NCBI GenBank assembly: GCA_020184695.1
Contig: JAANOX010000273.1
Span: 248,001 to 312,000 of the forward strand
Length of the DNA: 64,000 nt
Source of the DNA: Histomonas meleagridis 2922-C6/04-290x
Taxonomy: Eukaryota; Protista; Parabasalia
Reading direction: 5' to 3'
Positions 33,571 through 44,940 of this stretch are shown one piece after another; within the stretch, counting starts at the first letter, position 1; every line of letters begins with the position of its first letter. The notes below the pieces were generated by a model. It did not search any database, was not told where the DNA came from, and saw nothing but the letters and a program-made list of their open reading frames with translations. A program made the translations under genes and the position numbers.

Positions 33571-34086
33571 TCCATTAGACATTGGGATGTTATAAAGGTT
33601 GGTTGACAATATCTTTAGTTCATAATAATTAACTTTAAATTGGCGTTTTATAATTTTTTTTTTTATATTGTAAAGTATTATATTACGACAGTTTCTATTC
33701 AATTGGTCCTATACCTGTTTTTTGCCATAGTAATAATAATCATTTGTAGGTATCACTAATGTCCTCCGCAAGATAGGTTTCTCAAAACCTTTTCTAATAG
33801 CTTCTAACAATTTGTGTCCTAATGCGTGTGAACTCTGACCTGTCCTTTTAAACTATTTTGGCATTGTTTATATATTTTATTGATGTAGTAACTCCGTTTT
33901 CGATGTTAACGGAAGTTTAAATGAGCCAATCGGTATCAAATTGCATTGCTTTTCTTCCAGCGTTCATTTTTAAATATTTGTAAGATCGTTTATTATTAGT
34001 GTGAATATATTATTAATTTAGAAAAATTTTGATCTAAATTTTGTTTTATTTTTATATTTCATGCCGATACCAATTTCCTGGATTAG

Positions 34087-34392
34087 GTACCTAATGCTTG
34101 CTGGCATGTTGATGTGCATTATTGGAAGAAAGTTAAGGGAATGTACATTTATGCTGCAATAGATGACTATTCGAGATATTGTGTTGGGATTGAGGCTGTT
34201 TCATCAAAAGATGCAAAAACTATTTCAAATTGTTTAAAAAAGTTCATTGAACTAAACGGTCGCCCCACTATCGTCTGGTGTGACAATGGAGGTGAAAATG
34301 TAGGCGATAAAGCTGAGGAATTATTAAGGGAAAAAGAAATAGGACTCATAAAAATATTTCCTTTAAATTCACAGCAAAATGGTAAATGGGAG
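34087..34392 (+). pseudogene. IS481/Ginger-like DD35E integrase core fragment
   Basis: PNACWHVDVHYW, AIDDYSR, WCDNGGE and QQNGKWE, with D-35-E spacing. No termini. Confidence 0.75.
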
Positions 34393-34733
34393 CCACACAG
34401 AACAACCGGCACTGTAGATACTCATGTCTCTATAACTGATAAGCAAATCTTCCCGATATCTCCCTTCTCAAATTGAAGTAAAGAAGCATATCTTCTTCAC
34501 AGAGTTGGATGTTCAAGTTTATCAAGCTTTTAGAAGTTACAAAAACTAATGATGATTATCCAGAAGCCGGATCTCAATTTAATATGGTTTCGCTTCATAA
34601 ATTTATCAGCAAATAATGACGGGACAGTATAATGCGCTCCAGGAATAATTAATACTTTTTCCCGTTATTCATTTCTTTCGTTTCCCCTTTAACGGTCAAC
34701 AAAATGTCACTTTTTCATTATTTTCATTTTATT

Positions 34734-37700
34734 TCATTCTTCTTGTTTTATGAGCTCATCGACTTCTTCATCTACGTCCCAATCGATTACGTCATTTTCT
34801 GTGTATAAGCTATAGTCGTACAAGATGTCCAAGATGCCTGCGACAGACCACGCCTGATTCTTACAGCTTCCTTCGCACGGTTCTCCGTCTTTTTGTGTCA
34901 ATTCTGGCAATCCGTTTGCCCAAGAAGTCAAAAGTTCCTTTTTAATGTTTGCCAACATCTTTTTCATTTTTTCTGTAATTCCTCTTCTAAATCTCATTGA
35001 CGCTCTAAAGAAGTATCCTACAGGCCAACACCACTCAGGTCCATTATGGTAATTAAATCCACGACTTGTCAAGAAGTCTTCACTATCGTCATCATTATGA
35101 TAATAAGGTCGATATCTATAATCGGATGGATCGAGTGTTTTCATTCCGATTTTACCCATTAATCGTTCTTCGACGTTATTTAAACAACGGACAGCATGAA
35201 CAGGATCAAATAATTCTGGTGCAACTGTCATAGCTATACATACATTAGGTCGGAATTGATAATCACTGAACTCCGCTGATGAACCAACGCTATCTTTATA
35301 AATACCTCTGACTCCAACATGACGCTCTTCGATAAAGAATTTAGAATCATATTCTGGTTTGTTGGGAACATAAAACCATGACTCAAAGTTGGAGCATAAT
35401 AAACTTGACCAACGTGACCATGTAATAGTCTCATTTCCAACAACGACGCCATTATATTTATATGTTCCTTCTTGATAACATTGATCTAACCAACGTAATG
35501 TCGATTCTAATAAGCCAATGATTTCAATCGCTGCTCCATCTCTTGGTGTTGCTGGGATTCCAGAGTTTTTAGCTTTAACACTTGAACCCATTTTATCCAT
35601 CCATGTACCACAATTATGTTGATTACCTCCAAGTATAAAACCATTAGTCCAATCGGTAATAATGTCAATATTAAATCCTTCTGATACCATTACTGAATCG
35701 ATTTCTTTTCCTGCATTCCATTCACGGAAGTGAATACCATTTGCATGTTTGGTCATAATTTCTTGTACTATATCTCCCATAGTAAATATTGGTCGATAAT
35801 TCTTCTTATCCCATTTACGATAATATTCGGTTTGATCATCACAAGGGAATATCCTTGGAACTTTCAAGTTAAAGACATCTCCGCCTTGGCCACTCATAAT
35901 TGCATAATCTTGAAGAGATTGAAGGAACCACCACGTAGCATCACGAGCGTTATATCGAGGGTTAAGACCTCCGTCGTGAAGGTTTGGAATTAATCCATGT
36001 CTAAGACAAGCACCAAAAGCAACAAGTTGATCTCTAGCTTCATTAAATCGACCATTTACAAGGAATAAACCTCTTAATGCAATAAAGGTATCACGTCCCC
36101 AACTTCTCATAAATCCTACTGAAAAGTGTGGGAAACCAGCAGCAGTACAAGAATCAATTCTTGATACATAACCTCTAAATATAGAAGTTAAATGTGGATG
36201 AATTAATTGAGCGTTTTTCATAGGAGAATAAAAACTAATTGCAGTAGTAGCTAAAGAATGAATAAATTTATCTCCATCTTGAATGAATTTAGAAGATTTA
36301 GCTATGATTGATTCTCGAGCAGCATTATTTAAAGCTCTAACAATTCGACAAAGATATTTTGGTATTAAAAATCGAGGTAATTTCTCTAAGCTTTGACATT
36401 GCTTCCTAAAGTAACCTTCAAGTTGTATTAAACGAGGATTTTGGAATAATCGATTACACATATAATCAATTAACCAATTACCATCTCTAATATTAACAAA
36501 GACTGAACTACCCATACCTGCATCAGATTTAGCTGCGAATTTCATTGCTGTTTCAATACCAATAGTACCAGCATAAAAAGAAGGACCAAATCCAGGGAAA
36601 TCATAAGATCCTTGACCTAAAGTAGCTTTTTCTTCATCAGAACATCTGAATAATAATACTGTTAAATCAGTAAGTCCAATTGAGAATACTTTTGATTTAA
36701 AGTCTTCAACTAAAGTTGAAACTTCAAGTTTGCTAATGAAGTCACTTAATTCTTTAGGTAATTTTGTACTAAAGACTATAACACTTCCTGGGATAAAATT
36801 ATCAAGTTGTAATTCATTTTGTAATAATTTACAAGTCGATAATTTGTTTTGATCTTGATTTAAAAATATATTACAATGACTTGGCTTAATTGGATCTTTT
36901 CCATTATCATTAAATCGTTCGATTGAATTAATTCTTCCTTCAAATATTAACTTATCAATTGGTGCTGGAAATGCAACTTTATTAGTTGTAGTTTCTCCAT
37001 CATATACACGTATTAACATCCATATACCTTCACCTGTTTTAGAGTTACATCTAAAGATTGATACTAAATTACCATAATAATTTGCTAATAATTCATTCAT
37101 TTGTTTTAACGCCATATCAATATGTAAATGATTAATAAGTTTGCGTAATGGTTGAAATGCTGGTTCATTCTCTGATAATGGATAAAGACGCTTTTCATCA
37201 ACAACTGATGGTACAAATGGTAAAACATCATCATAACCTCTGTTAGTAGCTATAGGTGAACATGACATAGAGATCATTGAAGATACTGTTAATGGATCGA
37301 AATAAGGTGTACTATTATCATGTGTTATATCAAATATTACTCCTGGAATTTGTTTTGTTGGTGTTACTACTGATGAACTATCAATTTGATCAACTGCTGC
37401 AACTTGTAATCCTCCTGAAGCCCATAATAAATGTGTCATTCCTGGTGGTGAAATACGTTTTCCTCCTTCACGTAATATGGAATTAATACCAATATGATTA
37501 ATATATTTAATGTCAAGTTCTTCACTTGATGTAAATAATTCTGCCATTACATATAAATTAGGATTAACTTTTCGTGCTTCATTAATAAAATATTCAGATA
37601 CTGGTAATGGTGTTGAATGTGCATTATCTAATCGTAACGCATGAACAACTTCAGCAACAGATTGAATATATTTGGTCATATGTTCCCATAACCATGGATT

Positions 37701-39146
37701 GTCTTCTTTCTTGTTACCATAACGTAACTTTACATTATCGCCCCATATAACAATTTGTCGCCTTAAATAACATTCTTTACCTTCAGCAATGAAATCATCA
37801 GTTGGATCTGATGAAAAGATCCATCCATTATTAGCTAATGGAACAATTCCATTTTTGGTTTCAATCTCAGAAAAGTAACGCCAACAAATTGGTACTTCTA
37901 ATGTAATAGGTCCATACTTTGGTCCATTCGGATCAAATCGTGCATATTGAAAGCCATTAACAACATTTTCTACAACTTCATTAACTATGGATTCATAATG
38001 TTGATAATATGGAATATTAAGATTATCTATAGCCATCTTAAATTCATCTATACGAATTTCTTTGGAACCAGGTGGTGCATATAAAGCTCGTGCATAATTA
38101 TTATCAACATGGACACAACCCATTTGATATGAATCATCATGAACGATACCACGTGTTCGAAGAATATTTTGACGTTGGGGTGCCCCATAATTTACAGCTC
38201 GCATGCGAATCATCTCAAATTGTTTTGGAAGTTTTTCTTGGCTTTCAACAAGACGTTTAACAGCATCGTCAACATCAATTGTAAAGAACTTTCGAAGATC
38301 ACTATCATGAAGACCTTTTTTCAAATACTCCTTAAGCTTCTCAACATGCTCAACTTTTATGTCTGAAGGAATGTCTGGGACTTCGCCACGTGCGATTTTA
38401 TCGGAAAGATCTGATAATGTCTTATCAACATAATAAGCAGGGCGTAAATATGGTGAATTGTCAATACTATATCCTGCTTCTGGATGTTCCTTCAGCCATT
38501 CAGATGTGGGATTTGTATGATTTAAAAGAATATCAGCCATAAAAACAATATTCAATTCTTTCTCTATTTTCTTTAAAACAGTTTTGAACATTGGCCATCG
38601 TTCCTTTTCGGGAAAGTCAGGCGGGAAGAGTTCTCTTGAAATCTGAAGTTGATCTTTGAGTGAATAATGTGAAGATCCTCCAAGTTCTTGGAATGGTGGT
38701 AAATGAATCATGTTGTATCCAAGCTCCGAAATAGGCTTTAAATTTTTAAGCCAATCTTGAACTTTACCTATACATCTTCCATAGTTTGTCTGAATAACAA
38801 GAGAACCAATAGGAACTTCTTTGTCATTGATTTTTATAATTGGGTCAACAAGGTAGTGAACCATTTTTCCTTCAACGTCTTTTGACGAAATACGGAAATG
38901 CCATGCACCAGGTAACTTAATTGGAATCGTGAAAATTAGTTCCTCCATGATAGAGTAAGCTCTTGTAGGCTTTATTATCTCTGGTTCTGGGTCATAAGAT
39001 TGCCATGATTTTAAAACTGTCTCAGAAGAATGTAATTGAGTACCAACTGGAAGCCGAACCTCAAGCGAGTGTCCTGGACCTGGTATTCTGATTGTACCTA
39101 AATCAACTGAGCCACCATCGTTTAACTTGAGTTTAATGGTTTTCAT
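34734..39146 (-). CDS. AGL: Glycogen debranching enzyme (4-alpha-glucanotransferase/amylo-1,6-glucosidase)
   Basis: Intact ~1,470-aa ORF with LRLDNAHST, AELFT, DITHDN, GFPHF..WGRDTFI, GTWMDK and YHNGPEW. First in-frame ATG at 39146. Confidence 0.96.
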   Translation of the reverse strand: MKTIKLKLNDGGSVDLGTIRIPGPGHSLEVRLPVGTQLHSSETVLKSWQSYDPEPEIIKPTRAYSIMEELIFTIPIKLPGAWHFRISSKDVEGKMVHYLVDPIIKINDKEVPIGSLVIQTNYGRCIGKVQDWLKNLKPISELGYNMIHLPPFQELGGSSHYSLKDQLQISRELFPPDFPEKERWPMFKTVLKKIEKELNIVFMADILLNHTNPTSEWLKEHPEAGYSIDNSPYLRPAYYVDKTLSDLSDKIARGEVPDIPSDIKVEHVEKLKEYLKKGLHDSDLRKFFTIDVDDAVKRLVESQEKLPKQFEMIRMRAVNYGAPQRQNILRTRGIVHDDSYQMGCVHVDNNYARALYAPPGSKEIRIDEFKMAIDNLNIPYYQHYESIVNEVVENVVNGFQYARFDPNGPKYGPITLEVPICWRYFSEIETKNGIVPLANNGWIFSSDPTDDFIAEGKECYLRRQIVIWGDNVKLRYGNKKEDNPWLWEHMTKYIQSVAEVVHALRLDNAHSTPLPVSEYFINEARKVNPNLYVMAELFTSSEELDIKYINHIGINSILREGGKRISPPGMTHLLWASGGLQVAAVDQIDSSSVVTPTKQIPGVIFDITHDNSTPYFDPLTVSSMISMSCSPIATNRGYDDVLPFVPSVVDEKRLYPLSENEPAFQPLRKLINHLHIDMALKQMNELLANYYGNLVSIFRCNSKTGEGIWMLIRVYDGETTTNKVAFPAPIDKLIFEGRINSIERFNDNGKDPIKPSHCNIFLNQDQNKLSTCKLLQNELQLDNFIPGSVIVFSTKLPKELSDFISKLEVSTLVEDFKSKVFSIGLTDLTVLLFRCSDEEKATLGQGSYDFPGFGPSFYAGTIGIETAMKFAAKSDAGMGSSVFVNIRDGNWLIDYMCNRLFQNPRLIQLEGYFRKQCQSLEKLPRFLIPKYLCRIVRALNNAARESIIAKSSKFIQDGDKFIHSLATTAISFYSPMKNAQLIHPHLTSIFRGYVSRIDSCTAAGFPHFSVGFMRSWGRDTFIALRGLFLVNGRFNEARDQLVAFGACLRHGLIPNLHDGGLNPRYNARDATWWFLQSLQDYAIMSGQGGDVFNLKVPRIFPCDDQTEYYRKWDKKNYRPIFTMGDIVQEIMTKHANGIHFREWNAGKEIDSVMVSEGFNIDIITDWTNGFILGGNQHNCGTWMDKMGSSVKAKNSGIPATPRDGAAIEIIGLLESTLRWLDQCYQEGTYKYNGVVVGNETITWSRWSSLLCSNFESWFYVPNKPEYDSKFFIEERHVGVRGIYKDSVGSSAEFSDYQFRPNVCIAMTVAPELFDPVHAVRCLNNVEERLMGKIGMKTLDPSDYRYRPYYHNDDDSEDFLTSRGFNYHNGPEWCWPVGYFFRASMRFRRGITEKMKKMLANIKKELLTSWANGLPELTQKDGEPCEGSCKNQAWSVAGILDILYDYSLYTENDVIDWDVDEEVDELIKQEE

Positions 39147-39573
39147 GAATGTTTTGTCTGGAGTGGCCACTTTTAAACATTCAATAGGACTTTTTCAATG
39201 GATTTCAATCGAAAAATGAAATTTCAATACGATGAATGTAAACTGTTTAAATGACTGGCCTACCCCTTGATTCAAAAACTACTTGTATCAGTTTCGGAGA
39301 GAAAAGGGTTGATCAAGGTTTTGAACTCAAGTTAAAAACGGTAAGAGTGTTGATGCATAAAAACAAAACTTACTCAAAAAAAATATGGAAAATGATCCAC
39401 CTGTAAAAGTTTCTCATGGTAAACGTTTTAGGGGAAAGTGACAAATTTATATTTTGCACTTTTTGCAAAACAAACAAATATTCTAAGACTTTTCAAATTT
39501 TTCTGACAGCGGTTTGGAAGACGGAAATTCATATCACATGTCCTTCATTGTAATGTGATATAAAAAAAAAGAA

Positions 39574-41703
39574 ATGATCATTTTTATTGGTTTTGTGGCT
39601 TCTACAATCCTCGGTATTGATATTGGAAGTGAAAATACAAAAGCATCTATTGTTAGATTAGGAAAAAATATTGAGATTGCTTATAATAATAATTCAAATC
39701 AAGAATTATTTCCAACTTTTTTTGCATTTTGGAATACAACTGATCCTAAGCAAAATATATCAAAACACCATTGGTCTCTTGCAGATGTTCGAGAATGCTC
39801 TTGGTCATTTTTTGAAGATGCTCGTTCTCATTATTTTAAATATCCAAATAATGTTATTACAGGACTAACACCACTCCTCGATCAAAAGAATGGCATCACG
39901 CGCAGGGAATCATTTGCAATTTTTTTGAAACATCTTCTTACAACAATTAATCAAGATGTATCGAGTTCCAATCTTATAATTTCTGTTGATCCATTTTTAA
40001 CACGCCAAGAACGGTACGTCATACGTGAATCTGTAAAACTAGCTGGTGCTAATCTTAAACGAATTGTTGATTCTCCATCATCTGTTGCTTATTTATATTC
40101 CCAAGTTAAAAAACCATTTTATTCCAAATCACCAAAAAATGTAGCATTTATTGATATAGGTGCCACCAAGACAATAGTGTCAATATTTAATTTTCGTTCA
40201 ACTCCAGGAGATCCAATTGTACGTCAACTTTCATTAACATATGACATCAATTTAGGAGGAAATGATATTGATGCACTTTTGTTTACACACTTTATCAGCA
40301 ATCAAACGGTCTCTCCAAAGGTTCTTTATAAGCTTAAACTTGCTAAAGAAAAACTTTCCATATATAGTACAGCAACTGTTTCATTAGGAAATAACAAAAA
40401 AATCACAATTTCCCGAAGTGACCTTGAATTATTATTAACTGATTTCATTGATAAAATTGGATTTCTTTATAGAGAAGCACTTCAAAAAGCAAATCTTTCA
40501 TTATATGATATTAATTCTGTCGAACTTATTGGAGGAACAACACGAATTCCTTATATTCAAAGTAGCATTCAAAGTATTTCTGGAATTGGTTTTGTTAATA
40601 ATTCCTTAAATCCAAACGAAGCGATTGCATTAGGATCAGGTTGTTATGAATATATAAAAGATGTACAAATTGAGTCATTATGTAATGAAAACATTTCTAT
40701 TTTACATTTCAATAAAACAATTTCATTATTTAATGAAACAAATTATATTAGTGATTCGACAACATATTTATATAATAAGAAAACTAATGGAAACATTTCA
40801 ATTTTATATGGAAATCAACGAAATGAAATTGTTAAATTTTATGTAAATCTTCCATCCAAAGCTTTAGATAATGTAACAATTCGATTAGACTTTGGTTTTG
40901 ATGAATTCACATTACCCGGTATTTTTAATATTATGACTAACAAACTTAAATCGAATAATATATCATTTTATTTACCAAAATGGACATTAACGAAACGCGA
41001 ATTTAATCAAAGTCTTGGATTTATAAAACGTATTAATGAAATAGAAGAAGAAAGAAAAAAGATTAAAAAAGCATTAAATGATTTCGAAACATATTTATAT
41101 GATTCGAAAAAGAAATTCATTGAAAATAATATATTTAAAGAAGTTACATTAAAAGAAGAATATGAAAATGTAATTAAATTAATTGACGATGATTTAAATT
41201 GGATATTTAATCAAACGAATAATATAATACTTAATTCAAAAGTAATTAATAATCGATGGAAAAAAGTTAAAGATTTGATTGATAAAATCGAATTAAGAGC
41301 TTCAGAACTTCATAAAAGAGGAAAATCTTTCGATAATTTATTAAATATGATTAATATTGTTAATAAATCAATTAATGAAATATGGCCTGAAACTAGACCT
41401 TGGATGACAGAAAAGGTTTGGAATAACATAAATGAAGCTTTAAATCATGCAATTAAATATTATAAAAAATTTACAAAAAAACAAAAAAATTGTAAGGTGA
41501 CAGATGACCCGAAAGTGTTAGCAAAAGATATCGATATGCAAACTTATTATTTGGAAATCGCTTATAATCATTCATTAAGAGTTTCAGAACATCCACCAAC
41601 ACCAAAGCCACCAAAAACTCCAAACCCTTATGTGAAAACTTATAACTCTGTAGATGAACTTGAAAGAGATATACAAAAAAATAGAGAACGAAATGAATTA
41701 TAA
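39574..41703 (+). CDS. ER Hsp70-superfamily protein (Grp170/HYOU1/Lhs1-like)
   Basis: Signal-peptide-like N-terminus, ILGIDIG, FIDIGA, LGGNDID and ELIGGTTRIPYIQ; C-terminal RNEL retention-like motif. Confidence 0.85.
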   Translation: MIIFIGFVASTILGIDIGSENTKASIVRLGKNIEIAYNNNSNQELFPTFFAFWNTTDPKQNISKHHWSLADVRECSWSFFEDARSHYFKYPNNVITGLTPLLDQKNGITRRESFAIFLKHLLTTINQDVSSSNLIISVDPFLTRQERYVIRESVKLAGANLKRIVDSPSSVAYLYSQVKKPFYSKSPKNVAFIDIGATKTIVSIFNFRSTPGDPIVRQLSLTYDINLGGNDIDALLFTHFISNQTVSPKVLYKLKLAKEKLSIYSTATVSLGNNKKITISRSDLELLLTDFIDKIGFLYREALQKANLSLYDINSVELIGGTTRIPYIQSSIQSISGIGFVNNSLNPNEAIALGSGCYEYIKDVQIESLCNENISILHFNKTISLFNETNYISDSTTYLYNKKTNGNISILYGNQRNEIVKFYVNLPSKALDNVTIRLDFGFDEFTLPGIFNIMTNKLKSNNISFYLPKWTLTKREFNQSLGFIKRINEIEEERKKIKKALNDFETYLYDSKKKFIENNIFKEVTLKEEYENVIKLIDDDLNWIFNQTNNIILNSKVINNRWKKVKDLIDKIELRASELHKRGKSFDNLLNMINIVNKSINEIWPETRPWMTEKVWNNINEALNHAIKYYKKFTKKQKNCKVTDDPKVLAKDIDMQTYYLEIAYNHSLRVSEHPPTPKPPKTPNPYVKTYNSVDELERDIQKNRERNEL

Positions 41704-42026
41704 ATTTAATATTATAGATTAAACATTTATAACTTTTGAACTATTTTTATAAATTTTGCTGTGTACTATTATAAATTGATCTCGTTTTTATTTGTTGTTT
41801 AACGTCGGGAATGTGCTCTGTGCTTTTTGCAAGATTTACAATTTTTTTATACTTGTTCAAAATAAGGGCTTATCATGATAAGTTTTCTTCAGGTTCCCAT
41901 ATATTCTCTCTATCAGGAAAACCCAGATATTTTATTAAATAATAGGCTTTTCCTTTTAATGTCTTATTACCTTTGACGCAACTTGGTATGTTTCAGACAT
42001 AATTTATATACTGAACTCACTTTTTA

Positions 42027-42420
42027 TAAAGGGGGCAAAAAGTAATGAGCCCACCCTAATAATAAAAACATATATATAAAACATAAATTATTTAAAAGAT
42101 TTGAGAGTGTATAAAATTTTTGTTAATTATGACATTTGAGCATATTTGCTATATAATGAGATTTTTGTTTAAATTTGTCAATAGTCAAAAAAAACGTTAA
42201 AATGTCATATTTCATGACTTCCTTCCCGACAATTGCACCGGCGGTTATGATCGTTTTTAAGTGAAAAAGCGTAGCTAGTGCTTTTGTAACAAAGAAAATT
42301 ATCTGGTTGAAGCTATACAAAGAAATTGTTTTAAAAATTTGAAGGGAATACGAATTTGAATTCTAAATATTGGTAAATTTTTATTCATTACAGATGTATC
42401 AATATCATATTCACATATCT
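42027..42420 (+). mobile_element. Truncated mariner left end
   Basis: TA followed by TAAAGGGGGCAAAAAGTAATGAGCCCACCC, related to the other two mariner TIRs. Degraded MTFEHICYIMRFLF start. No right TIR found. Confidence 0.45.
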
Positions 42421-42476
42421 CAGCGCAGAATTTTTTGGTCTTATCGTTTTTCAAATCACATGTCATATATATAACA

Positions 42477-42707
42477 ATGAGCAACCATTGCGCTTCTCAA
42501 AATGATTCAATATGGGGAGACCTTTCAGCTGCTTTCTCGAAATCCACAGTCAGCAGCCAACAAGTTGTTGAGGAAGACGAGCAACCTATTGTTCAAAGGA
42601 TCGGAACCCCAAGACCCAAAGTTAATCCCACAAGAAAGCCAGAAGAAGGAAAAGATGCAGACGCTATTAAAAAAATAAATTTAAACATGGATGAAGAAGA
42701 TATCTAA
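42477..42707 (+). CDS. Small host hypothetical protein (76 aa)
   Basis: ATG at 42477, host-like codon composition, open to TAA. Confidence 0.5.
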   Translation: MSNHCASQNDSIWGDLSAAFSKSTVSSQQVVEEDEQPIVQRIGTPRPKVNPTRKPEEGKDADAIKKINLNMDEEDI

Positions 42708-43365
42708 TCATAATCCTTTATCGATAAAGTATTTATTCGAATTTAAACAACTGATACATTTTGTGTTTTTTTGAGATTTTGATACATCTTTCTTCTTAAA
42801 TTTGTAATTGTTTGAGTGGGCAATTTTTGTATGTTCACTTACTTTTCTAAGGAAATCATATTATATTTTACTACTTGCGAGCAAGAAAAAATTTCTAAGT
42901 AGGTTAAATGAATCACTTGTCTGGATCTGAGATGTTTGCAAACATGAACATTGCAAAGAAATTTTATGTCAAAAATTTTCTTAGAAACAAATTATGCCAG
43001 TGAGCACAATTAAACACGAATATTTTGGAAAAAAATTTGAATTTAATAATGAAACCTAATTTTTTTACTTTAATATATACAGTAATGCCAAACATAAAAT
43101 AAAAGTAGAATCAAGAAAATATTTAAAATATCTTGAAATTAATTGATACTCATCTTGTTTTCCAAAACACCCATAAAGCCACATCACAACAATTAATTTT
43201 ATTCTCTCTTCGGACTCGTATAAAAAAAAAATATAAATTATCACAATAATCATTAGTCGCATTCACTTATGAAATGCTACGTAAAATATTTTACGAAGAT
43301 GTTTAACTTCATGAAAAATTTAAAGAAATAGATTTCAAAATTATCATCATGTAAAAAATCAGGTA

Positions 43366-43600
43366 ATGACACAATACATGGTCGAAAAAAGGCAAAAAGT
43401 AGTTAGTTATGTGTATTGTGTCATGGTTGAGATAATCCGCGGGTGTACAGATACACAAATATACCGAAAAACAGGCATTTCAAGATCATTTATTCGGAAA
43501 ATCAGAAACCAATTAAGAAATGGTGAAAACATTTTTGAGATGAAAATAAAATTATTTCCTCTCCTGAGAGTACATGGGAAAGTATTAGTCGATTAGAGAT
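43366..43600 (+). pseudogene. Helix-turn-helix transposase N-terminal fragment
   Basis: GCTDTQIYRKTGISRSFIRKIRNQ resembles a Tc1/pogo-type HTH. Confidence 0.4.
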
Positions 43601-44149
43601 TCATGACATCATTAACTCAATGCATAACAGATTAATTGGTGTTATAAAAAACAATAATTTTTCTTGTGGCTACTAAATTGATTTTTTATGTACGAAAATT
43701 GAATGGATCTATATCAAATAAAGATACTCCATCATTTCTGGAGTTTATGATTTTTGAACTCAGTTTACAATTAAAAACGATCAAAATGGAGTAATTTTTT
43801 TTGGAGGACTTAATATTAGATCAATTCAAATATTACATTATGTACTCAACGGAATGACATTCGTATACGAATATTATTTTAGAAATGTTAATAGTTTATT
43901 CAGATAATTTTTCTCAATTATCAGATTTTTTATTGAATATAACTTATCAAAAAAATCATGATTTTGATTAAAAGTTTGTGCTATATGAAGTTTGATCGTC
44001 AGTGACCGTTAAATTCACGACTTTGGTAGGATTATTCATTTTTCAGCTATAATTCATCAAACGCATTAATATTTTCATTTTCTACAGATTTGCAATTAAA
44101 AAAAATTTCATCAGATGAACCATCATCATCGTCATTATCTTCTTCATAT

Positions 44150-44510
44150 ATTGGATCTATTAAGTGTCATGCATTCATAATATTTTTGCGTAATTTTTTC
44201 CAACATTTTAGAAACAAATCAGCTGCTTCTCCTTTTGTAAATGGATTCACAAAAAATCGTCAAAATTGGAACCCTGACATCAAGATGTTGAAACTTTTCA
44301 GTAGCAGATGTTGAGATGAATATCAGCTCAATTTGATTATTTTCAGCTTCTTCTTCAACAGCTTTTGTTATATGTGATTTATATCGATCACACATATAAG
44401 CAAACATTTATTTTTTCCTTTCCCCTTGCGCAGTGATTTTAAGTATTCTATCATGCACGCCTCAGATGTATTTCCTCCCTTTGAATAAAGGATTTCATAT
44501 TTACTTGCAT
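44150..44510 (-). pseudogene. pogo/Tigger-type DDE_1 transposase fragment
   Basis: CDRYKSH...IELIFISTSATEKFQHLDV matches the DxxxxH...P.n.T..lQPLD pattern. Confidence 0.65.
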
Positions 44511-44647
44511 TTGAAATATCAAATTATAAAATAAAATTTCAATTGAAAATAATCGGATACAGAAAGAAATTCATTTTCATAAAATGAAACATAATCAACA
44601 AGGTCAAGGTCAAGAACAGGATAATTATCAATAGGTTAATTAGGAAT

Positions 44648-44940
44648 ATGAACCCAGGATCCAACCGTTGGGTATTTACTTTCAATCAATTGAAGATGAA
44701 CAAATATTCATGAACCCACCACAAATGACTTTAGATATAATACGATATATGATGATTGGCATTGAACGTGCTCCAAGAACAGGTACATTGCACTTACTGG
44801 GTCATATAAATTTCAATTCAAGAGTTTATAAAAGAACAGTGAAAAAATTTTTAAGCTGATTTGCTAGAGCATATTTAGATTTTGCAAAAGGAACAGAGAA
44901 CAAAATATTAATTATTGCAAGAAGGAAGGGGACTTTTGTA
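44648..44940 (+). pseudogene. rep: Endogenous CRESS-DNA virus Rep fragment C (HUH endonuclease domain)
   Basis: Motif I WVFTFN (44669), motif II PRTGTLHLLG (HLQG-like, 44791) and motif III YCKKEGDF (44913), in the correct order and spacing; two single-base frameshifts and one TGA. Confidence 0.85.
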
